64,000 nucleotides of DNA from Alphaproteobacteria bacterium (GTDB lineage Bacteria > Pseudomonadota > Alphaproteobacteria > SHVV01), in NCBI GenBank assembly GCA_965261735.1, contig OZ253470.1:3872001-3936000 (forward strand), given 5' to 3'. The notes beneath the pieces were generated by a model. The model did no database searches. It saw only the letters and a program-made list of their open reading frames with translations, and was not told where the DNA came from. Every line of letters begins with the position of its first letter. Position 1 is the stretch's first letter. Below are positions 1 to 11,117 of this stretch, piece by piece. The position numbers and the translations under genes were made by a program.

Positions 1-948
1 AAACGGGTGCGCATCACGGCGCAGCTGATCGACGGCGCCGACGGCGGCCACCTGTGGGCCGACCGCTACGACCGCGACCTTCAGGACATCTTTGCCGTCC
101 AGGACGAGGTCACGCAGAAGATCGTCGCCGCCTTGCAGGTCAAGCTCAGCGAAGGGGAACGCGCGCGCCTGGCGCACAAGGATACCGAGAACCTCGAGGC
201 CTATGACGAACTCCTGCGCGGCAAGCAGCTGTTCCTCGAGTTCACCAAGGAATCGAACCTCAAGGCACAGCAGATGTATGAGCGTGCGATCGCGCTCGAT
301 CCCGACTACGCGGCGGCCCACGCCGAGCTTGCGCGGGTCTATGTCCAGGCCCGCAACCACGGCTGGAGCGATGATGGCGACGCGGCGATGGATAAGGCGT
401 TCGAGCACGCCAGCGCCGCCGTCGCCCGCGACGAGGCGCTGGCCCAGGCCCACGTCGTGCTCGCGTTCATCCTGGTGTGGCGCAAGGATCTCGAACGTGC
501 GCTGGCCGAGGTCGAGCGCGGCCTCGCGCTCGACCCCAACCACGCCGACGGCCACAGCTATCAGGCCATCATTCAGGGTTTCGCCGGCCGCCCGGAAGAG
601 AGCGTACGGTGGGTCGACAAGGCCATGCGCCTCAACCCGGCCGCGCCGTTCTGGTATTTGTGGGCGCTCGGGGTCGCGTGCTTCTCGCTCGGGCGCTACC
701 AGGACGTCGTGGCGGCGTGCCGCAAGTGCTCGGCCGCCAACCCCAACTTCGTCTTCGCCCACCTCTACTTAGCCGCCGCTTACGGCCAACTCGACCAGAA
801 GGCCGAGGCCGCCGCCGAGGTCGAGGCCTGTCGGCGCCTCAACCACGAGGCCTCCACGGGCTGGGCGCGCCGCGTCATGCCGTTCGCGGACGCGGCGGTT
901 CTGGAACGTTTCGTCCACGGCCTGAGCCAGGCCGGATTGCCCGAGTAA
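1..948 (+). CDS. TolB-like/TPR-repeat protein, C-terminal part (typical of adenylate cyclase-TolB_N-TPR proteins); 5' end outside window
   Basis: Open from base 1; RVRITAQLID..HLWADRYDR..DIFAVQDE signature followed by TPR-like helices. Confidence 0.85.
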   Translation, partial: KRVRITAQLIDGADGGHLWADRYDRDLQDIFAVQDEVTQKIVAALQVKLSEGERARLAHKDTENLEAYDELLRGKQLFLEFTKESNLKAQQMYERAIALDPDYAAAHAELARVYVQARNHGWSDDGDAAMDKAFEHASAAVARDEALAQAHVVLAFILVWRKDLERALAEVERGLALDPNHADGHSYQAIIQGFAGRPEESVRWVDKAMRLNPAAPFWYLWALGVACFSLGRYQDVVAACRKCSAANPNFVFAHLYLAAAYGQLDQKAEAAAEVEACRRLNHEASTGWARRVMPFADAAVLERFVHGLSQAGLPE

Positions 949-1008
949 CCACGCCTATCGGGCGTGCGCCGGTCCGCTAAGACAGCGTTCGGCGGCGAGG
1001 TCTTGGCG

Positions 1009-1443
1009 ATGCCCCTCCACCTACTCAAGATGAGCGTCGGCGTCGATGAGGTCGGCGAGCTCGTGCGCTGGCAGGCGGCCCGGCTGGCGCGCCAGCGCGC
1101 GGCCAGCGAGGCGCCCCGCATCCAGCATCTCACCCGCCACCGCCCGCAGCGCGCCGCCGAGATCCTCGACGGCGGATCGATTTACTGGGTCATTAGGGGC
1201 TGTATCCGCGTGCGCCAGCGCATTATCGCCATCGAACGCCTGGCCCACCAGGCGCCAGAGGGCAAGCGCTGCGCCCTGGTGCTCGATCCCGCACTCGTGC
1301 GCACCGAGCCGCAGCCGCGCCGGCCGCACCAGGGGTGGCGCTACCTCGCCGACATCGACGCGCCGCCCGATCTCGACGGCGCCGCCGCCGCCGGCGTCCC
1401 GCCGGAGCTCGCCGCCGAGCTCCGAACGCTAGGGCTGCTGTAG
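1009..1443 (+). CDS. DUF1489 family protein
   Basis: MPLHLLKMSVG..., GGSIYWVIRG, RPHQGWRYL motifs. Confidence 0.85.
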   Translation: MPLHLLKMSVGVDEVGELVRWQAARLARQRAASEAPRIQHLTRHRPQRAAEILDGGSIYWVIRGCIRVRQRIIAIERLAHQAPEGKRCALVLDPALVRTEPQPRRPHQGWRYLADIDAPPDLDGAAAAGVPPELAAELRTLGLL

Positions 1444-3608
1444 GCCGCGCCTTTCCGCTCTTGAGGCGACGGGCCGCGCCCTCCTATTGTTGCCCATGAT
1501 CTTCGAGGAGGCGCCGCCGCCGGCGGACCCGCTGCGCTCGCGCATTTGGGCGGCCACGCGCGCCGACGAAGCGGCCACGGTCGAGGCCCTGCTGCCGGAT
1601 GCCCAGCTTACGGCGGCCGAGAAGCGCGCCATCGCGAAGCGCGCGCGCCAGCTGGTAACGGCGGTCCGTGAGGCCGGGCCCGCGAGCGGCGGCATCGAAG
1701 CGTTCCTCGTCGAGTACGGCCTGTCGACCGACGAAGGCGTCGTGCTGATGTGCCTCGCCGAGGCCCTGCTGCGCATCCCCGACGCCGACACCGCCAACCG
1801 GCTGATCCGCGACAAGCTCTCGGGCGCCGACTGGGAGGGCCATCTCGGGCGCAGCGGCTCGCTCCTGGTCAACGCTTCGACCTGGGGCCTGATGCTCACG
1901 GGCCGCATCATCGCGCTCGATCCCGGCATCGTCCGCAACGTCGGCGATTTTCTCAGCCGTCTCGCCTCGCGCAGCGGCGAACCCGTGATCCGCCAGGCGC
2001 TGCGCCAGGCGATGCACATCATGGCCGGCCAGTTCGTCATGGGCCGCACCATCGAGGAGGCGCTGGCGCGCGCCGATGGGTCCGGGGCCGATGGCGTGCG
2101 CCATTCCTACGACATGCTGGGCGAGGCCGCGCACACGCGGGCCGACGCCGAGCGCTACGCGCGGGCCTACCATCATGCGGTCGAGGCGGTCGGCAACGCG
2201 GCCAAGCACAACGCCGCCGGCGCGGTGTTCGAGGGCCCGAGCGTCTCGGTCAAGCTGTCGGCGCTGCACCCGCGCTTCGAGTTCGCCCAGCATCGCCGCG
2301 CGATCGCCGAGCTCGTGCCCGTGCTAAAGGGCCTAGCCTTGGCCGCGAAGGAGCGCAACATCGGCCTCACTGTCGATGCCGAGGAGGCCGACCGCTTCGA
2401 GGTCTGCCTCGATGCGTTCGCCGCCGTCCACGGCGATGAGGCGCTCGGCGCGTGGCCGGGTTTGGGGCTCGTCGTCCAGGCCTATCAGAAGCGTGCCGCC
2501 CCGCTCATTGACTGGCTCGCCGAGCTCGCCCGGAATCACGGCCGCCGCATCCCGGTGCGCCTCGTCAAAGGGGCCTACTGGGACACCGAGATCAAGCGTG
2601 CCCAGGAGCGCGGCCTCGACGGCTATCCGGTGTTCACGCGCAAGAGCGCCACCGACGTCTCCTACCTGGCCTGTGCCCGGCGCCTACTCACGGCCGGGGA
2701 CGCCTTCTACCCCCAGTTCGCGACCCACAACGCCCATACGCTCGCGGCGGTGCGGGCCCTGGCCGGGAGGGGCCGCGAGCTCGAGTTTCAGCGCCTGCAC
2801 GGCATGGGCGAGGCGCTCTACGGGGCGGCGCTCGAGGCCGGCTCTGGGCTCGCACTGCGCATTTATGCGCCGGTCGGCAGCCACGAGGATCTCCTACCCT
2901 ACCTCGTACGCCGACTACTCGAGAACGGCGCCAACACCTCGTTCGTCAATCGCATCGCCGACCTCGACGCGCCAATCGAAAACCTGATCGCCGATCCGGT
3001 CGAGGCGTGGCGCGGCCATGCGACCAAGCCTCACCCGCGTATCCCCCTGCCGGCGCGGCTCTACGGCGCCGAGCGCGCTAATGCGGCCGGGCTCGACCTT
3101 CAAGATCCGGCGACGCTCGCGCCTCTGGCCGAGGCCATGGCCGAGGCCGCGGCGCGCCCTTGGCGGGCCGCGCCCCTGATCGCCGGCTCAGCGCGCCAGG
3201 GGGCGTCGCGGCCGGTGCTCGATCCTGCGGACAACCTTCGCGTCGTCGGCGAGGTGGTCGAGGCGGACGAGGCCGCGGTCAGCGCGGCGCTCCATCGCGC
3301 GGCCGCGGCGGCCGGCGGTTGGGACGCGACTCCGGCGGCGGAACGCGCCGACGGACTCGAGGCCGCGGCCGAGCTGTTCGAGGCGAACGCCGCGGCGTTG
3401 ATGGCGCTGGCGGTGCGTGAAGCCGGCAAGACGATCGAAGATGCGCTGGCCGAGGTGCGCGAGGCCGTCGACTTCTGCCGCTACTACGCGGCCCGCGCGC
3501 GCGCCGACTTCGCGCACCCCCGCGACATGCCGGGGCCGACCGGCGAGACCAACCAGGTCTCGCTCCACGGCCGCGGCGTCTTCGCCTGCATCAGCCCGTG
3601 GAACTTTC

Positions 3609-4714
3609 CTTGCCTATCCGGTTTACACCCACACCCACTAGGGCTAGAATGGGCGCAACCCGGATATAGGGGAGCGCGCCATGGATGTTCTCGACCGCGC
3701 CGATCTCCCATTCCCGCATTCGCTACCCGAGTTCCAGCGACTTTCCCCCGATGATGCGGCCTGCGCCGCCTACCTGGAGAAAGCCCGCTGGGGAGACGGC
3801 TTTGCCTGCCCGCACTGCGGCACGGCGGGAGAGCCGTTCCACTTTGAAAACCGCCCTGGCGTCCTGCGCTGCCGCAAGTGCCGCCAGAACACCGGGCTGA
3901 CGGTGGGAACAGTGATGGAGCGTAGCCACACTCCGCTGAACGTCTGGTTCTGGGCCGCTTATCTGGTCGCCAGTCAGACGCCCGGCATGTCCGCCGTGCA
4001 GTTTCAGCGGCAACTTGGTCTTTCGCGCTACGAGACGGCCTTTCAAATTCTCCACAAGCTCCGCTCGGGCATGGTGCGGCCCAACCAAGACAGGATCGGT
4101 GGACAGCCCAAGAACCATGTTGAGGTGGACGAAACCTGGGTTGGCGGGCGAACGCGTGGGGAAGGCCGTGGTGTTCACCACAAGGTTCCCGTCTCCTGTG
4201 CCATCGAGGTGCGTCATCGAAAGCCGGGCACCAAGCTCGACAACCGGAAAGACGGACGCTATGCCGGACGCGTTCGGCTCGCCGTCGTGCTCGACCGTAG
4301 CGCCGAGTCGCTCTGTGGGTTCGTCGAGAGCACCGTCGCGCCGCGATCGCTGATCGTTACTGACGATTGGAGCGGCTATGCTGGCCTCGGTAAGCGCGGC
4401 TATGAGCACTTCGCTGTTGCCGAGTGTGGTGATCCAGAGGTTGCCGAGCAATACCTGCCGATCATCCATCTGGTTTTCGCCAACCTGAAGACGTGGCTGA
4501 TCGGTATCTCACCACGGCGTTAGCCACCAGCACCTACAAGCCTACCTCAACGAGTTCACCTTCCGCTTCAACAGGCGGTTCTACCCGTTCAACGCCTTCC
4601 GCTCATTGCTCGGCATCGCGGGCGACACCTCTGCTCCAACCTATGCCGAGCTTTACTCGGGAGAGTGGCGGCACCCTACATGTAGCGGTCATGGGCGTTA
4701 ACCGGATAGGCAAG
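3609..4714 (+). mobile_element. IS1595-family insertion sequence (probably ISSod11 group), 1106 bp
   Basis: Terminal IRs CTTGCCTATCCGGTT(T/A)AC(A/G)CCC; GAACTTTC duplicated at 3601-3608 and 4715-4722 (IR/TSD boundary ambiguous by 1-2 bp). Confidence 0.95.
3681..4701 (+). pseudogene. IS1595-family transposase with +1 frameshift near 4508
   Basis: CPHC/CRKC Zn ribbon, VEVDET, TDDW, H-x6-K; conserved HHGVSHQHLQAYLNEFTFRFNRR continues in another frame after GGTATC-T-CAC. Confidence 0.9.
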
Positions 4715-5771
4715 GAACTTTCCTCTCGCGATCTTCACGGGGCAGGTGACGGCGGCGTTGGCCGCCGGTAACGCGGTCCTCGCCAAGCCGGCCGAGCAAA
4801 CACCCCTCATCGCCGATCTCGCGGTCCGCCTGCTGCACGAGGCGGGGGTTCCGCCCGACGTTCTCCACCTGCTTCCCGGTCCCGGCGAGACGGTGGGGGC
4901 GGCGCTGGTTGCCGATCCACGAATTGCCGGCGTGGCGATGACCGGCTCGACGGCGACCGCGCGTCTGATCAACCAGGCGCTGGCGCGCCGCGAAGGGCCC
5001 ATTGTCCCACTCATCGCCGAGACCGGCGGCCAGAACGCGATGATCGTCGATTCCTCGGCGCTGCCCGAGCAGGTCGTCGGCGACGTGCTGCAGTCGGCAT
5101 TCAACAGCGCCGGGCAGCGCTGCTCGGCGCTCCGCGTCCTCTTCCTCCAGGACGACATCGCCGAGCCGGTACTGGCCATGCTGGTGGGCGCCATGGCCGA
5201 GCTGCGCATCGGCGACCCGGCGCTGCTGTCGACCGACCTCGGTCCGGTGATCGACGCCGAGGCCCACGCGGTGCTCGCGGCGCACGCGGCGCGCATGGAG
5301 CGCGAGGCGCACCTGTTGTACGAGCTAGCCCTGCCCCCGGGCCTCGAGCACGGCACGTTCTTCGCGCCGCGCGCCTTCGAGATCGCGAGCCTCGACCTGC
5401 TCGACAGAGAAGTGTTTGGGCCGATCCTGCACGTCGTGCGCTACGCCTCCGGCGACATCGATGCCGTGCTCGGACAGATCGGGCGCACCGGCTACGGCCT
5501 TACCCTCGGCGTGCACAGCCGCATCGATACCACCGCGCGCGACATCCAGGCGGCGGCGCGGGTCGGCAACCTCTACGTCAACCGCAACATGATCGGTGCC
5601 GTCGTCGGCGTGCAGCCCTTCGGCGGCGAAGGGCTGTCGGGGACCGGCCCCAAGGCGGGCGGCCCGCACTATCTCGCGCGCTTCGCCCATGAACGGGCGT
5701 TGAGCGTCAATACCGCCGCCATGGGCGGCAATCCGGCGCTGCTGGCGATGGACGAGTGAGCCGCGGCTGAG

Positions 5772-6848
5772 CTAGGCGACCCGAGTTGCGGGCGCAGCGG
5801 CGGATGCCGGCCCGCGCTTGGCGGCGCGGATGCGCTCCCGGGCGATGCGGTCGGCCATCACGTTCGTCGGCGTACCCTCGGCGGCAGCCTTGGCGAAGAG
5901 GGATTCGAGCGTGCGGCGGATCCTGGCCGCGTGATTGAAGGCGCGGTCGCGGTCGTACCCCGTGCGCTCGTAAGACACGTTGATCACGCCGCCGGCATTG
6001 ATGACGTAGTCCGGGGCGTAAAGGATGCCGCGTTCAGCCAGCGCGGCGCCGTGGCGGTCCTCGGCGAGCTGGTTGTTGGCCGAGCCGGCGACGACGGCCG
6101 CGCCGAGCTCGGGGATCGTCCGGTCGTTGATCACCGCGCCAAGGGCGCAGGGAACGAAGACGTCGGCGGCCACGGCATGGATTCGCTCGGGCGCCACCGC
6201 GGTCGCGCCGTAGCGCGATACAGCCTCGGCCACCCGGTCGGCATTGATGTCGCTGACCACGAGCTCGGCGCCGTCGCGTGCGAGATAGTCGCAAAGCCGC
6301 ATCCCGACATGGCCCAGCCCCTGAACCGCGCAGGTGAGCCCCGAGACGCCCTCGCGCCCAAGCTTACACGCCACCGCGGCGAGAATACCCTGGTAGACGC
6401 CGAACGCGGTGGCACCGGAGGGATCGCCGCTCGCCGATGCGAGACCCGCCGAATGGGGCGTGGCTCGGCGCACGATCTCGATATCCTCGACCGACGTGCC
6501 GACGTCCTCGGCGACGATGTAGCGTCCACCCAGCGAATCGACGAAACGTCCGAAGGCGAGCCACAGGGCCTCGGACTTGTCTCGCGCCGGGTCGCCGATG
6601 ATGACCGACTTGCCACCGCCCAATGCGATCCCTGCCAGGGCCGCCTTGTAGGTCATGCCGCGCGCGAGCCGCAGCGCGTCCTCGACGGCCTCGTCCTCGG
6701 ACGCATAGGGCCACATACGCGCGCCCCCGAGTGCGGGGCCGAGCGTCGTGTCATGTATGGCGATGATGGCCTTGAGGCCGGAGTCCACGTCGCGGCAGAA
6801 AACGACCTGCTCGTGGTCGTCGAAACTCTTCGATCCAAAGACGGGCAT
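5772..6848 (-). CDS. ldh: Leucine dehydrogenase (Glu/Leu/Phe/Val dehydrogenase family)
   Basis: GPALGGAR, GMTYK, GGGKSVI, AEDVGT, QGLGHVG, GSANNQL, PDYVINAGG. Confidence 0.9.
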   Translation of the reverse strand: MPVFGSKSFDDHEQVVFCRDVDSGLKAIIAIHDTTLGPALGGARMWPYASEDEAVEDALRLARGMTYKAALAGIALGGGKSVIIGDPARDKSEALWLAFGRFVDSLGGRYIVAEDVGTSVEDIEIVRRATPHSAGLASASGDPSGATAFGVYQGILAAVACKLGREGVSGLTCAVQGLGHVGMRLCDYLARDGAELVVSDINADRVAEAVSRYGATAVAPERIHAVAADVFVPCALGAVINDRTIPELGAAVVAGSANNQLAEDRHGAALAERGILYAPDYVINAGGVINVSYERTGYDRDRAFNHAARIRRTLESLFAKAAAEGTPTNVMADRIARERIRAAKRGPASAAAPATRVA

Positions 6849-7046
6849 ACGCGACCCTCAACGACGTTTCCGGCACACCTGGTATCTGGGGACCGGTAGG
6901 GGCCATTCAATAAGGGTACAGAAAAGGAACCGATCGTTCATGCCCGCGGGTGGCGGCGGTTTTCCGTTACGCGGGCGGGGCCCCCGGCGCAACATTGGCG
7001 CACACCCGCAAGCGCCACCGTTCGCCCGTCACAATCAGCCCTACGG

Positions 7047-7853
7047 CTAGAAGCGGTAGCCGAGGATGGCGCCGCCGAAGAATTGATAAGGGTCCTGCAC
7101 CAAAGGGCTGTCGACGGGCTCGATGAACCAGTTCACACGCGCGTCGAGCGACACATAGATCGTGGGATTGATGTTGTAGACGAGCGTGCCGCGGCCGGAG
7201 ACGTCGCGAACGCCAGCAGTGCCCTCGAACGCTGGGCGCCCGCTGGCTGCCTGGCCCGCGAGAACGCCAAAGTAGGCCTGCGCGTAGTCCGAATCCATCC
7301 AAGTGAGATCGCCGCCGAAGATCAGGCTGGCGCGCTCGCTGATGCGGCCGCCGACGGCGACGCCGAAGCTGCCGAGAAGGCCGTCGTGGCCGTCGGTGAT
7401 GCCGTTGCGCAGATCGCCGGTATAGCGCCAATTGCCACGGTAGAGCTCGAAGAAAAAGCCGGCCTCGAGGCTGGGGTCGACGTCCGTCAGGCCGGCGAGG
7501 AAGGGATTGTCGCCGGAATCGCGGCCGAGGTCGTAGGTAATGCGGGGGCCTGCCCGGAGCGTTCGGTCTCGGAACAGGTTGACGCCAAGTCCGCGCTGGG
7601 TGCTGAGAAAGTATCTGCCGCGCCACTCGATGTCCACGAGCGGCAGGATCACGCCTTCATAATCGGCGCTGCCGAGGTAGTCCGGGGCGACGCCGGTCCC
7701 GACGCCGAAATTGCCCTTCCACTGGCGGTCCGTCGCGGTGGTAACGGCGGTGGCCCCAGAGAGCCACGCCTCCAATCCCCAGCTCGTGCCGCTCGCGGCG
7801 GCGGGCGTGGCCGCAAGGGCCAGCAGGACGACGACAACGACCCATCGTGTCAT
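7047..7853 (-). CDS. MipA/OmpV family outer-membrane protein
   Basis: Signal peptide, PDYLGSADY, YAQAYFGV, DSPLV, C-terminal YRF. Confidence 0.85.
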   Translation of the reverse strand: MTRWVVVVVLLALAATPAAASGTSWGLEAWLSGATAVTTATDRQWKGNFGVGTGVAPDYLGSADYEGVILPLVDIEWRGRYFLSTQRGLGVNLFRDRTLRAGPRITYDLGRDSGDNPFLAGLTDVDPSLEAGFFFELYRGNWRYTGDLRNGITDGHDGLLGSFGVAVGGRISERASLIFGGDLTWMDSDYAQAYFGVLAGQAASGRPAFEGTAGVRDVSGRGTLVYNINPTIYVSLDARVNWFIEPVDSPLVQDPYQFFGGAILGYRF

Positions 7854-7916
7854 GGCGCGAGAACTCCCCCTAGGCGCGCGGACCCTAGCTTATCCGCCCC
7901 TTGCGGTGCAACCGGC

Positions 7917-9041
7917 TCACCCGGCGCTACCGCCGTCGATGAGCGCACGGACATGTTCGCCGATGGCCAGGGACGAAGTCAGCCCGGGTGATTCGATGCC
8001 GAACAGGTTGATGAGGCCGACCACTCCGTGGATATCGGGGCCTTGAACCGTGAAGTCGGCGGAGCCGCCGGAGCCGCCGTCCACGCGCGGTCGGATGCCC
8101 GAGTAGGCGGGCTGCAGCGCGTCGTCCTCCAAGCCGGGGAAGAACTCTCGCACCGCGGTATAGAAATGCCGCGCGCGGGCCGGATCGACGCCGTAATCGA
8201 TTCCCGTGACGACCTCCTGGTCGGGGCCGAAGCGCGCCTGTCCCGCGAGGTCGAGGGTGAAGTGGATGCCGAGGGAGGCTCGGCCGGGGACGGGATAGAC
8301 GAGGCGGGTGAAGGGCGCCCGGCCTCGGAAGCCGAAGTAGCTACCCTTCACCAGCGTGTAGCTCGGGATTGCACCGTCCGGCATGCCGTCGAGCGAGCGT
8401 GCCACCGCGGGCGCGCCGAGGCCCGCGGCGTTCACCAGCACGCGGCACGAGAGCCGCGAGTTTTCTCCGCCTTGCGCGGCGACGTCGAGGAGAAACTCGC
8501 CGGGCCGCGCGACGCCGCGACGAAGTGAATGGCGCAGGGCGATGACGCAGCCGTGCGACTCGGCCTCGCCCTGCAGGCTAAGCATCAGGGCGTGACTGTC
8601 GAGGATGCCGCTCGAGGGGGAGAGCAGCGCGCCGACGCTACGCAAGCGAGGCTCGAGCTGCAGTGCCGCTTGGCCGTCGATGAGTTCGAGGTCAGTAACC
8701 CCGTTGGCCCGCCCGGTCCGGCGCAGGCGCTCGAGTGTGGCGATCTGATCGGGTGCGGTGGCGACGATGAGTTTTCCGGTGCGGCGGTGGGCGATGCCGC
8801 GGCTCGCGCAATAGGCGTACAAAGCCTCCTTGCCGGGAACGCACAGCCGTGCCTTGAGGCTGTTCGCGGCGTAGTAGATCCCGGCGTGAATGACCTCGCT
8901 GTTACGCGAGCTCGTATGCGCCCCGGTCGTGGCTTCCCCCTCCAGCACAATGACCTCATGGCCGGACAGCGACAGCGCACGGGCGACGGCGAGCCCGATG
9001 ACCCCGGCGCCGACGACGACGCAGTCGACCCGATCAACCAT
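7917..9041 (-). CDS. FAD-dependent oxidoreductase, L-2-hydroxyglutarate oxidase-like
   Basis: VVVGAGVIG, TSSRNSEVIHAGIYY, YSGIRP, FGIESPGLTSS. Confidence 0.85.
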   Translation of the reverse strand: MVDRVDCVVVGAGVIGLAVARALSLSGHEVIVLEGEATTGAHTSSRNSEVIHAGIYYAANSLKARLCVPGKEALYAYCASRGIAHRRTGKLIVATAPDQIATLERLRRTGRANGVTDLELIDGQAALQLEPRLRSVGALLSPSSGILDSHALMLSLQGEAESHGCVIALRHSLRRGVARPGEFLLDVAAQGGENSRLSCRVLVNAAGLGAPAVARSLDGMPDGAIPSYTLVKGSYFGFRGRAPFTRLVYPVPGRASLGIHFTLDLAGQARFGPDQEVVTGIDYGVDPARARHFYTAVREFFPGLEDDALQPAYSGIRPRVDGGSGGSADFTVQGPDIHGVVGLINLFGIESPGLTSSLAIGEHVRALIDGGSAG

Positions 9042-9235
9042 CAACGCGCGCGAGCCTGGGCTGGCGCCGCCGGCCGCGGGCGATGGCACACCCGCTTGCC
9101 CACGTTTATTCCCGCTTGTCCCATCGCTCACCAAAGTGTGAAGGTGTTGACCTTGCTTATTGGCGGGGCCTCTGCAACATCCCCTGTTGAGCGGCCCCGC
9201 GTAACAACCCGCGCAGCAGCAGGGAGTTTGACACC

Positions 9236-10225
9236 ATGGTGCGTCGCATCTCCGCCGCGCTCTTTGCCTTCGGCCTCCTCGGCGTCGCCTCGGCGTCCGC
9301 CAATCCCGCCGCCTGGCAGCGCGAGTGGCCGCGCACGGACTTCTCCAAAACGGCGGTCGACTATTCCGAGATCCTCTCGGGTGGGCCGCCCAAGGACGGT
9401 ATCCCGTCGATCGACGAGCCCGAGTTCAAGGCGATCGCCGAAGTCGACCATCTCGGCGATATGGAGCCGGTGATCGGTGTCGTCATCAACGGCGACGCGC
9501 GCGCCTATCCGCTACAGGTCCTGATCTGGCACGAGATCGTCAACGACACCGTGGGCGGTGTGCCGGTCTCGGTCACATTCTGCCCGCTGTGCAACACGGG
9601 TCTCGTCTTCGACCGCCGGCTCGGGGGCCGGGTTCTCGACTTCGGCACCACGGGCAAGCTGCGCAACTCCGACCTCGTCATGTACGACCGCCAGACCGAG
9701 AGCTGGTGGCAGCAGTTTCTCGGCGAGGCCATTGTCGGCGAGTTCACGGGCGCGCGTCTGACACTGGTCCCCGCGCGCCTCGAATCCTTCGCCCGCTTCC
9801 GCGCCCGGGCGCCGGCCGGCCAGGTCCTGGTGCCGAGCCGGCCGGTTCGCAGCTACGGCCGCAACCCCTACGTCAGCTACGATTCCCGCTCCCGCCCCTA
9901 CGGCTTTTTCCGCGGCGACCTGCCAACGGAGATCGCACCCTTGGCCCGCGTCGTCACCATCGGGGACGAGGCGTGGAGCCTCGAAGCGCTCCGCGAAAAG
10001 CGCATGATCGAGGCCGGCGGGCTCATCCTGACGTGGGAGCCAGGCCAGAACTCGGCACTCGATTCGTCGCGTATCGCCAAGGGCATGGACGTCGGCAACG
10101 TCATCGTGCAACGCCGGGCCGCGAGCGGCAAGCTCGAGGACGCCCCTTACAGCGTCGACTTCGCGTTCGCCTTTCGCGCGTTCCATCCCAAGGGCGTGAT
10201 CCACGTCCGTAGCGAAAGCAACTGA
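9236..10225 (+). CDS. Exported DUF3179 domain protein with CxxC
   Basis: Signal peptide, GGPPKDGIPSID, WHEIVND, FCPLCN, MYDRQTESWWQQ. Confidence 0.85.
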   Translation: MVRRISAALFAFGLLGVASASANPAAWQREWPRTDFSKTAVDYSEILSGGPPKDGIPSIDEPEFKAIAEVDHLGDMEPVIGVVINGDARAYPLQVLIWHEIVNDTVGGVPVSVTFCPLCNTGLVFDRRLGGRVLDFGTTGKLRNSDLVMYDRQTESWWQQFLGEAIVGEFTGARLTLVPARLESFARFRARAPAGQVLVPSRPVRSYGRNPYVSYDSRSRPYGFFRGDLPTEIAPLARVVTIGDEAWSLEALREKRMIEAGGLILTWEPGQNSALDSSRIAKGMDVGNVIVQRRAASGKLEDAPYSVDFAFAFRAFHPKGVIHVRSESN

Positions 10226-10399
10226 GCGCGCGCTTCGAGGACTCGCTTCCGCGGTGCGTGCACGCGCGAGACCTTGCGCAGCCCGACCCCGACTGCCTAT
10301 GTTTGACGTAGCGGGCGGCCGCGCACAGTGGACGGGATTCAGGCATTTTCGCTAGACTTCCGGGACCTGGGTGCTTGACCAGGCCGCGCACAGGGATTC

Positions 10400-11113
10400 A
10401 TGGCGGCGAAAAAAGAGGGTGATGTCTCCCGCGCTTCTGCGCCTCGAGGGGTCGAGACGTTTCTACAGAAGGTCGCGGCGATCCCCACGCGCGGGCCCAC
10501 GAGCCAGCGCGGGCGGCTGATCTTCGCCCTCGATGCGACCGCGAGCCGCGAACCCACCTGGGACCGCGCCTGCCAGATCCAAGGGCAGATGTTTACCGAG
10601 ACCGCGGCGCTCGGCGGCCTCGACGTGCAAATGGTTTTCTACCGCGGCTTTCACGAGTTCCGGGCGACCGGATGGGTAAGCAACTCGGCCGAGTTGGTGC
10701 GAGAGATGACGGCCGTGTTCTGCCTCGGCGGTGAAACTCAGATCGGCCGGGTCCTGCACCACGCCATTCAGGAGACCCGGAAGAAGCACGTGGATGCGGT
10801 CGTGTTTATCGGCGACTGCTGCGAGGAAGATATCGATCCGTTGTGCGCTCGCGCCGGTGAGCTCGGCATGCTGGGTGTGCCGGCGTTCGTCTTCCAGGAG
10901 GGCAGCGAGCCCGGGGCCATGCGCACCTTCAAGGAGATCGCGAATCTCACCAAGGGCGCCTACTGCAGCTTCGATTACTCGAGCGCACGCCAGCTCCGCG
11001 ACCTGCTGAGCGCGGTTGCGGTGTTCGCGGCCGGTGGTCGGCGTGCGCTCGTCGATTTCAGCCGGCGCGCGAGCCGTGACGTGTTTCTATTGAGTAAGCA
11101 GCTCAAGGGGTGA
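10400..11113 (+). CDS. VWA domain-containing protein
   Basis: LIFALDATAS MIDAS-like motif, GGETQI, VFIGD. Confidence 0.8.
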   Translation: MAAKKEGDVSRASAPRGVETFLQKVAAIPTRGPTSQRGRLIFALDATASREPTWDRACQIQGQMFTETAALGGLDVQMVFYRGFHEFRATGWVSNSAELVREMTAVFCLGGETQIGRVLHHAIQETRKKHVDAVVFIGDCCEEDIDPLCARAGELGMLGVPAFVFQEGSEPGAMRTFKEIANLTKGAYCSFDYSSARQLRDLLSAVAVFAAGGRRALVDFSRRASRDVFLLSKQLKG

Positions 11114-11117
11114 AACC

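Larger units (their letters stand above)
1496..5759 (+). pseudogene. putA: Bifunctional proline dehydrogenase / P5C dehydrogenase interrupted by an IS1595 element
   Basis: N-part has RLVKGAYWD, FATHN, YLVRRLLENGANTSF; ISPWNFP|LAIFTGQ is split by the insert at 3609-4714; C-part has ETGGQN, SAGQRCSA, QPFGGEGLSGTG. Confidence 0.95.

Noticed and set aside
3609-3754. C-terminal tail of ORF 1487-3754 as a novel PutA domain
   Set aside because: It is translation of the IS left end
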